Below are positions 1 through 5,766 of a stretch of 5,766 bases of DNA, in pieces. Below the pieces are notes generated by a model, which saw nothing but the letters and a program-made list of their open reading frames with translations, made no database searches and was not told the origin of the DNA. The stretch is taken from the NCBI RefSeq assembly GCF_006345805.1, contig NW_021829726.1, positions 1-5,766 on the forward strand, in the 5' to 3' direction. Positions within the stretch are counted from its first letter, which is position 1. Every line of letters starts with the position of its first letter. Source of the DNA: Octopus sinensis (taxonomy: Eukaryota). A program made the position numbers and the translations under genes.

Positions 1-286
1 ATCTCTCTCAGGTCTTCCAGTGTTGTCAGCACAACGACTAACAAACCGTCTCCTGACATCATGATCGTTCGCTTTCCTCGTAGATCCACTCGGGTGAACT
101 TCAATTGCTATCATGTCGTCCCAGAACTTACTGCGCTACGTACTCCTTTGTCGTCTTCTCCATCTTTTTTTTTTCACCTTCCAGCATCTACTCCATCATC
201 GTTATAGCGTATATCACATGACGAATAAATCGTATTTGCCAGTTAGCTACGACATCCTGAAAACTTCTCATGCCGTCCCTTCTCGG

Positions 287-513
287 CACCACTCCGTTTC
301 TGGTTGCTGGCTTGGCTGGGTGGAGGTGCTAGTCTCCCCTTTGAAAACATAAGGACACAGGAAATGTGCCAAGGCCAACAAGAAACAGTCTTTCCTAGCG
401 CTAAATAGCAGCAGCATTTTCCCCTTTCAAGGGACTGTCACATTAAGTTAACAACACACCACTTTAAGATTACTCTGCGACCGACTTAAGTTTCACGCCA
501 CCACTCCGTTTCT
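287..513 (+). repeat. 15 bp perfect direct repeat pair CACCACTCCGTTTCT (287-301 and 499-513)
   Basis: Exact match in otherwise complex sequence, with 197 nt between the copies. Confidence 0.85.
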
Positions 514-1280
514 CAATCTATCCGGGTAACAGATACCCGGTATTAAATGTAGTCAGTGTCAATGGAGCACGTGTAATTAAGAGATCTTCGCTGTCTCCGT
601 TCAGGTTTCACAGATATAGATGGTTGTAGGTGCAACAAAGGATGAGCATAGCTGCAGTTTTCCTTTAACTGATGGTCTTCGATCTTCATATTGGACGAAG
701 GCATTAAAATACTGAAGTTGTTTTACCAATTCAGGTCTTGACTTCAATTTCTGCATCAGCAACATTGGAAATACGGGCCGCAAAAGACAAGAAATGTTCT
801 GGATTACGATACAAGACCGAAGCGTTTTCAGAGCACAGAGTTTGGAATCGCACATATATGGTACTCTTTCACATATGATACTTAGTATTCACATTTGACA
901 CTGCTGTTAACTATCCCACTGTTCAGCAGGAGAATAAATACTGCTTGAACGTATTCTTTGCTGGAGGAACGAACGGAATGAGAGCAATCAGCCGTTTCAT
1001 AAAATTTTTGGTTCGGAATCTTGAGAATATTACGAGACATAACAGCTGGTGGTAACAATGGTCAAGACGTTCTGATTATAAAACCCGATAACATACACGC
1101 GTTTCAGTAACAGGCTGTGATAATTACATAACAGCTGTAGAGACATTGCGCAATCTTGCACACCACTGCATTAGAGTCAGGCAATAAATACCATAACAGA
1201 TTTTAAACATCCGATGGAGTGTGGAAACTGCTTTTTTGACTACTTGTTGCTTTACAGTGGGATGGATATATACAGAGAGA

Positions 1281-1482
1281 GGCATGAGTGGCTGTGTGGT
1301 AAGTAGCTTGCTTACCAACCACATGGTTCTGGGTTCGGTCCCACTGCGTGGCACCGTGGGCAAGTGTCTTCTACTATAGCCTCGGGCCAACCAAAGCCTT
1401 GTGAGTGGATTTGGTAGACGGAAACTGAAAGAAGCCCGTCGTATATGTATATATATATATATGTGCGTGCGTGTGTGTGTGT
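1281..1482 (+). mobile_element. tRNA-derived SINE with CORE-like domain, 5' portion ending in its TA/TG microsatellite (octopus OR-type, tentative)
   Basis: A-box-like TGGCTGTGTGG (1289-1299) and B-box-like GGTTCGGTCC (1332-1341). These are followed by CACCGTGGGCAAGTGTCTTCTACTATAGCCTC, which resembles the start of the CORE domain (GACCTTGGGCAAGT...AGCCTC). The first ~97 nt recur at roughly 90% identity by eye at 4310-4409. Family name is from recall only. Confidence 0.85.
1441..1482. repeat. Compound (TA)n/(TGCG)/(TG)n microsatellite at the end of the SINE fragment
   Basis: gtatatgtatatatatatatatgtgcgtgcgtgtgtgtgtgt seen directly. Confidence 0.95.
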
Positions 1483-1736
1483 AGTCGTGTCTAACAGGCA
1501 CACGGCCAGAAATTGAGTAGTGTACATTAGTTGTTTTTATCCAATTCTGCGTTTGGCTGTTGTATTTTATATCGATTGGCCGGGCAGAGAAATGATAATG
1601 TTAACATTAGCGGGATTTGTACCCAAGTACTTATATTTGGCGTTGCAACGATTGTGCCATTCATCCCGCCCCACATCTCATATCAGTGGATATAATTTTC
1701 AAAATTCATCATCATAGGAATTTATAGAAAAATATA

Positions 1737-1886
1737 TACTCTTACTCTTTTACTCTTTTACTTGTTTCAGTCATTTGACTGCGGCCATGCTGGAGCACCG
1801 CCTTTAGTCGAGCAAATCGACCCCGGGACTTATTCTTTGTAAGCCCAGTACTTATTCTATCGGTCTCTTTTGCCAAACCGCTAAGT
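1737..1886 (-). mobile_element. 5'-truncated SINE 3' portion with a (GTAAAAGA)n tandem tail, probably the same family as 1281-1482
   Basis: The minus strand reads ACTTAGCGGTTTGGCAAAAGAGACCGATAGAATAAGTACTGGGCTTACAAAGAATAAGTCCCGGGGTCGATTTGCTCGACTAAAGGCGGTGCTCCAGCATGGCCGCAGTCAAATGACTGAAACAA and then 8 bp repeats GTAAAAGA GTAAAAGA GTAAGA GTA. It is a GC-richer island in AT-rich flanks. The link to the head at 1281 rests on my recall of the octopus consensus. No clear TSD. Confidence 0.75.
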
Positions 1887-1934
1887 GATTATTTTGTACA
1901 AATATTTGTATCTTTATCTTTCACAGATAACAAT

Positions 1935-3075
1935 TTTTTGCATCTTTCTTCCTTCTGTCATTCTTTTCTATCAGTCGTCTTAATATTATTTCTGTTTCTT
2001 TTTTTTTTATTTCATTTTGTTCTTTTTCATTCACGCATTCATTCTTGCTTCTTTCCTTCTTGTTATTCTTTCAGTTGCTTTTTTTTTTATTTTTTGTTGT
2101 CTTTCTATCATTCTTTTTTCCTTCTTGTCATTCATTAAGTACCGTTTTTTTACTTCCTTCTTCGTTCTCCCTTTCCTTTCTTCCTATCATAGTTTCATTC
2201 TTTCTTCATTCCTTGTCATTCATTCAATAACTTTCTTTTCCTTCCTTCTTTTCTTTCTATTTTCCTCTGTCATTCAGTAGCATGCATTCTTTCTGTGTTT
2301 CTTCCCTTCTCTTTCTTTTCATTCATTTAATAACTATTTTCTTTCTTTTCCTCTCCTTCTTCCCTTTTCTTCTATGTCTTTTATTTTTGTTGTTTTCTAT
2401 CATACTTTTTCCTTCTTTTCATTAAGTACCGGTTTTTCTTCTACTTCTTCTTCGTTCTCCCTTTCCTTTCTTTCTATCATAGTTTCTTTCTTTCTTCATT
2501 CCTTGTCATCCATTCAATAACTTTCTTTTCCTTCCTGCTTTTCTTTCAATTTTCCTCTGTCATTCGTTAGCATGCTTTCTTTCTGTTTCTTTCTTTTCAT
2601 TCATTTAATAACTATTTTCTTTCTTTTCCTCTCCTTCTTCCCTTTTCTTCTATGTCTTTTATTTTTGTTGTTTTTCTATCATACTTTTTCCTTCTTTTCA
2701 TTAAGTACCGTTTTTCTACTTCCTTCTTCGTTCTCCCTTTCCTTTCTTTCTATCATAGTTTCTTTCTTTCTTCATTCCTTGTCATCCATTCAATAACTTT
2801 CTTTTCCTTCCTGCTTTTCTTTCAATTTTCCTCTGTCATTCGTTAGCATGCTTTCTTTCTGTTTCTTTCTTTTCATTCATTTAATAACTATTTTCTTTCT
2901 TTTCCTCTCCTTCTTCCCGTCTTTCTTCCCTTCTCTTCTACGTCTTTTATATTTATTCGGTACTTCTTCGTACGCTTCCCTTCAATTCTTTCATTCCCAG
3001 ACTTGATAGCACTCTTCATACTCATACTGTATCGTTCTTTCTTGCATTCCAGTATTCCTTCATTCTTTTATTCTC
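1935..3075 (+). repeat. Long polypyrimidine low-complexity tract (degenerate CTTT/CCTT/CATT)
   Basis: The plus strand is overwhelmingly T/C with very few G over ~1.1 kb. Confidence 0.95.
2085..2954. repeat. Tandem array, ~276-290 bp unit, ~3 copies
   Basis: Anchor ATTAAGTACC at 2134, 2421 and 2700. Anchor TAGCATGC at 2278, 2568 and 2844. Segments 2451-2642 and 2727-2918 look identical over 192 nt. Confidence 0.93.
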
Positions 3076-3240
3076 TCTTTACTTAATTCCACCACACTTG
3101 CTTCTATGGTCGCTGTTCCTGCTTGAATTTGAAGAAGTTTCCATTTCATTGATATTTGTGGCTAATACGCCATTTTTTCGTTTATTAATATTCCGTATGG
3201 CATTGTAAATTTTGGCACTGGGAACGATCTTCGTTTCACT

Positions 3241-3866
3241 GTTGACTTATCACATAGATTCTTACACAACGCACACACTCACATACAAACACGCAGACAT
3301 GCATACACACACACGAACACAAATATGTACACTTAAGCACAAACATACACACATACAATCATACATACACACGTACACACACATGCACATACATTGACTT
3401 ATCACAGATTCTTACACATACGCACAAACATACATACATGCACTCATACATACACACACACTTGCACAAACACACACATGCACATACGTTAACTTAGAGA
3501 TTCTTACACAACACACACACTCACAGACACGCAGACATGCCAACACGCATACACACACACACTCAAATATGTACACATACGCACAAATATACACACATGC
3601 ACTCACACATGCACACACACACGCGCACACACATGCACATACGTTGACTTATCACATCGATTCTTACACAACGCGCACACTCACATACAGACACACAGAC
3701 ATGCCCGCACACATACACGCGCACACAAATATGTACACATACGCACAAACATATACACATGCACACACACGCACACACACACATCCACATCCACAAAACC
3801 ACGCACAAGCATAAACACACACACACAAACAGCCTTCCCACTCTCGCGCACACACTTGCACACACA
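3241..3866. repeat. CA/CATA-derived minisatellite with four anchored units
   Basis: Anchor (G/A)TT(G/A)ACTTA...GATTCTTACACA at 3241, 3393, 3488 and 3643 (spacing 152, 95, 155). Secondary anchor AAATATGTACAC at 3321, 3565 and 3727. The filler is degenerate (CA)n. Confidence 0.92.
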
Positions 3867-3885
3867 TTATTGTCTATCTTGGAGC

Positions 3886-4085
3886 CTCTTCCCCTTTTTT
3901 TCCCCTTTTTCTTCTTTTTTCATTTCTCTTTCCTTTTGTTCCTTTTCTTTTCTTCTTTTTTTCTTTTTATTCTTTTATTTTATTCAATTTTTTGTTTTTG
4001 TTTTGTTCTTTCTTCCCTTTTACGATCCCTCGATCGAAAACCACACCACCCTCTTTTTTTTTTCTTTTTGTTTTTTGTTCTCTTC
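3886..4085 (+). repeat. T-rich/pyrimidine low-complexity tract
   Basis: Runs of T/C such as tttttctttttcatttctctttcc, with one short complex island at about 4021-4052. Confidence 0.9.
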
Positions 4086-4218
4086 ATCCCCCAAAAGAAA
4101 AGCTCTACCTTGTAACTTGTGCAGCCCTGTGTGGCCAATAAAGAAACTTATCTTGGAGCTATGGAAAAGCCAGAATAGCTTCAGGAACAAACGAGTTTCA
4201 CGTTCTGTCGATTGAAAT

Positions 4219-4291
4219 GAAAAGTTGGAATAATTGGGAGAGAAAGAACGATAAAAAGAAGAAAAACGAATAAAGAAATGAATGAAAGAAA
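4219..4291 (+). repeat. Purine-rich (GAAA/GAAT-like) low-complexity tract
   Basis: gagagaaagaacgataaaaagaagaaaaacgaataaagaaatgaatgaaagaaa seen directly. Confidence 0.8.
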
Positions 4292-4309
4292 CGTAGATAT
4301 AATGATATA

Positions 4310-4409
4310 GGCGTAGGAGTGGCTGTGTGGTAATGTAGCTTGCTTACCATCCACATGGCTCCGGGTTCAGTCCCACTGTATGGCACCTTGGGCAAGTGTC
4401 TTCTACTAT
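4310..4409 (+). mobile_element. Second copy of the CORE-like SINE head, 3'-truncated
   Basis: GGCGTAGGAGTGGCTGTGTGG...GGGTTCAGTCCC...CACCTTGGGCAAGTGTCTTCTACTAT aligns to 1281-1377. A-box-like at 4320-4330, B-box-like at 4364-4373. Similarity to copy 1 stops abruptly after CTACTAT. Confidence 0.88.
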
Positions 4410-4620
4410 CGGAAGACCGCAGTTTCGATTCTCGGACCGGCGTGAGTTGTGTCCTTGAGCAAAACGCTTCTTTTCGCGTTGCTCCAGTCGACTCAAATCT
4501 AAATGGAAAACCCTACGACGGACCATCTAATTGTTCAGGAAAATATGTTGTGTCCTCTCTCAGTTATTGAGTCCTATGACTCGAGGCAGTAATGTTACTG
4601 AAGGGACGAGAAGCAAAGCT
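4408..4620 (+). mobile_element. Decayed tRNA-derived SINE unit 1 with Meta/MESC-like domain, A box missing
   Basis: B-box-like GTTTCGATTC (4422-4431). Positions 4446-4495 match the reverse complement of 4927-4976 at 44/50 and resemble the Meta domain (GTGTCCTTG.GCAA..CACTT...TTGC..CAGTCCAC.CAG). Confidence 0.75.
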
Positions 4621-4721
4621 AACGTCAGCGGGATTTCGATTCTTGGAACTGGCTATGTTGTGTTCTAGGACAAAAACACTTCGTATCGCTCCAGTCTACT
4701 CGGCTGTGAATGAGAAACTCT
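4621..4721 (+). mobile_element. Decayed Meta-domain SINE unit 2, left part (interrupted by a later insertion)
   Basis: TTTCGATTC...GTTGTGTTCTAGGACAAAAACACTT...GCTCCAGTCTACTCGGCTG parallels unit 1 motif by motif but is more diverged. Confidence 0.65.
4710..4721 (+). repeat. Target-site duplication, left copy (ATGAGAAACTCT)
   Basis: Identical to 5053-5064 and abuts the SINE A-tail; the last T could also belong to the tail. Confidence 0.92.
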
Positions 4722-4984
4722 TTTTTTATTGACTCCGCCGGTTACGACGACGAGGGTCCCAGCTGATACGATCAACGGAACAGCTTCCTCGTGAAATTAA
4801 CGTGCAAATGGCTGAGCATTCCACAGACACGTGTACCCTTAACGTAGTTCTCGGGGATAATCAGCGTGCCACAGAGAGTGACAAGGCTGACCCTTTGAAA
4901 TACAGATACTACTCATTTTTGCCATCTGAGTGGACTGGAGCAACGTGAAATAAAGTGTCTTGCTCAAGGACACAACGCGTCGCC

Positions 4985-4997
4985 GGGAATCGAACTC
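4985..4997 (-). promoter_or_regulatory. Pol III type-2 promoter B box
   Basis: GAGTTCGATTCCC contains GTTCRANNC at tRNA-like spacing from the A box. Confidence 0.85.
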
Positions 4998-5029
4998 ACA
5001 ACCTTACGATCATGAGCCGAATGCCCTAA

Positions 5030-5040
5030 CCACTAAGCCA
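5030..5040 (-). promoter_or_regulatory. Pol III type-2 promoter A box
   Basis: TGGCTTAGTGG fits TRGCNNARYGG. Confidence 0.85.
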
Positions 5041-5052
5041 CGCGCCCTCACG

Positions 5053-5064
5053 ATGAGAAACTCT
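5053..5064 (+). repeat. Target-site duplication, right copy (ATGAGAAACTCT)
   Basis: Identical to 4710-4721 and abuts the SINE 5' end. Confidence 0.92.
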
Positions 5065-5184
5065 ATGATGGACTTATTTAGATAAACATATTACCTTTGT
5101 CACTTTTTCACCATTGAAATCACCTAACTAGCCCCATGAATCTTAACACTCGTGGCAGTTACTATGTTACTGAAGGGGCGAAAA
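5065..5184 (+). mobile_element. Decayed SINE unit 2, right part
   Basis: Removing the insertion and one TSD gives GAATGAGAAACTCTATGATGGAC, which aligns with AAATGGAAAACCCTACGACGGAC of unit 1 (4501-4523). Also, 5149-5181 aligns with 4580-4609. Confidence 0.6.
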
Positions 5185-5413
5185 CGTTGAGAAATTCATG
5201 ATGGCCACAGCGTTCTTCTCTTCTTTTAACAGGGTGTAAGAGTTGGTCTTTTGGCTCATCATTCAATGTTTCGATGACCCAGTAAAGTATGACAACATTA
5301 CAGCATAATGTTGCAGCCAGTACACATGACTAACGCTCGAGCGGGTTACTGTTGCTTTGATGTAACTCCAAGAATTGCTCACAACTGAGCGGATGTATGC
5401 AGTCTCTATTTCA

Positions 5414-5606
5414 ATGTGTGTGGGAATGAATGCGCGCGTGTGTGTATACTGAAATACGCATATGTACTTATATACATGGGCAAAGTTATATAAATGCACA
5501 GTTAATTATATATACCTACACATACAAATATATATTTATATATATGAATGAAGGGAGAGAGAGGGGGTAGGTAGGTATATATATACACAAACTCTCATGC
5601 ACACAA
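5414..5606. repeat. Degenerate (TG)/(TA)/(GA)/(CA) microsatellite patchwork
   Basis: atgtgtgtg, gcgcgcgtgtgtgtata, atatatatttatatatat, gagagagag and gtatatatatacaca seen directly. Confidence 0.8.
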
Positions 5607-5716
5607 ATATATGGACGTTACGTTGCTTTATGTCGAACGAATGAGACAGGTGTACTCAATACATGGTGTAGATGCTACGGTTTTGTGTTGAATGTCTTTC
5701 AGTTTCAGGAACATTC

Positions 5717-5766
5717 ATACACACGCACACACATTCACTCCATCTCTCTGAATATATATATATATA
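5717..5766. repeat. (CA)/(CT)/(TA)n microsatellites running off the window edge
   Basis: atacacacgcacacaca, catctctctg and aatatatatatatata seen directly. Confidence 0.9.

Larger units (their letters stand above)
4722..5052 (-). mobile_element. Full-length, apparently young tRNA-derived SINE with Meta/MESC-like domain (331 bp)
   Basis: Minus strand shows A box TGGCTTAGTGG, B box GAGTTCGATTCCC, a Meta-like segment GTGTCCTTGAGCAAGACACTTTATTTCACGTTGCTCCAGTCCACTCAG, a CpG-rich body and an AATAAAAAA tail. A perfect 12 bp direct repeat sits at both boundaries. Confidence 0.92.

Noticed and set aside
1-207. Frame open from the window start (ISLRSSSVVSTTTNKPSPDIMIVRF...), faintly like the IIVRF motif of LINE ORF1
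   Set aside because: Only a few residues match, there is no supporting upstream or downstream domain, and no convincing splice donor.
316-360. Minus-strand CTGTGTCCTT...CTCCACCCAG resembling a Meta domain
   Set aside because: The spacing and middle sequence do not align, and there is no B box upstream.
1124-1527. Minus-strand ORFs (125 aa, 71 aa) and similar peptides at 4198-4570
   Set aside because: The shared peptide (EDTCPRCH.VGLNPEPCGW-like) comes from the antisense of the repeated SINE head, not from gene paralogs.
1938-2846. F/L/S-rich ORFs that look like membrane proteins
   Set aside because: They are translations of the T/C-rich array, which lacks stop codons on the + strand. The peptides recur with the repeat period.
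3241-3800. CRISPR-like repeat-spacer appearance
   Set aside because: The spacers are 70-130 nt, low-complexity and homologous to each other. There are no cas genes and the context is eukaryotic.
3212-4215. H/T-rich and C/V-rich ORFs resembling metal-binding proteins
   Set aside because: They are direct readouts of (CA)n/(TG)n and T-rich tracts, open in several frames on both strands.
3886-4291. Apparent inverted pairing of the T-rich tract with the purine tract
   Set aside because: The complementarity comes from composition only; there is no extended specific alignment.
4975-5047. tRNA gene with CAT at the anticodon position (minus strand)
   Set aside because: The acceptor, anticodon and T stems pair poorly, and the sequence continues into a SINE body with a tail and TSD. 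It is a SINE head.
4400-5100. Self-cleaving ribozyme associated with the retroelements
   Set aside because: I found no CTGA(T/C)GA...GAAA hammerhead core with closing stems and no evident HDV-like fold by eye. An Infernal or RNArobo search would be needed to exclude one.
5373-5394. lac-operator-like words (GCTCACAA, TGAGCGGAT)
   Set aside because: The half-sites are in the wrong arrangement and there is no vector sequence around them; coincidence.

Overview
Eukaryotic, AT-rich, repeat-dominated DNA that looks intronic or intergenic. I find no supportable protein-coding gene; nearly all supplied ORFs are translations of microsatellites or SINEs. The SINE sequences match, from memory rather than a search, families abundant in Octopus (coleoid cephalopod) genomes, so that origin is an inference. 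Contents: (i) a unique 1.28 kb left part; (ii) pieces of a CORE-like tRNA-derived SINE (5' parts at 1281-1482 and 4310-4409, probable 3' part inverted at 1737-1886); (iii) a polypyrimidine array with a ~280 bp period (2085-2954) and a CA-derived array with four anchors (3241-3866); (iv) a SINE cluster at 4310-5184, where two decayed tandem Meta/MESC-domain units are interrupted by an intact antisense SINE (4722-5052) with a 12 bp TSD; (v) terminal microsatellites. I cannot support a novel multi-gene system. The most interesting signals are the nested, self-complementary SINE architecture and a candidate 3-nt microexon.
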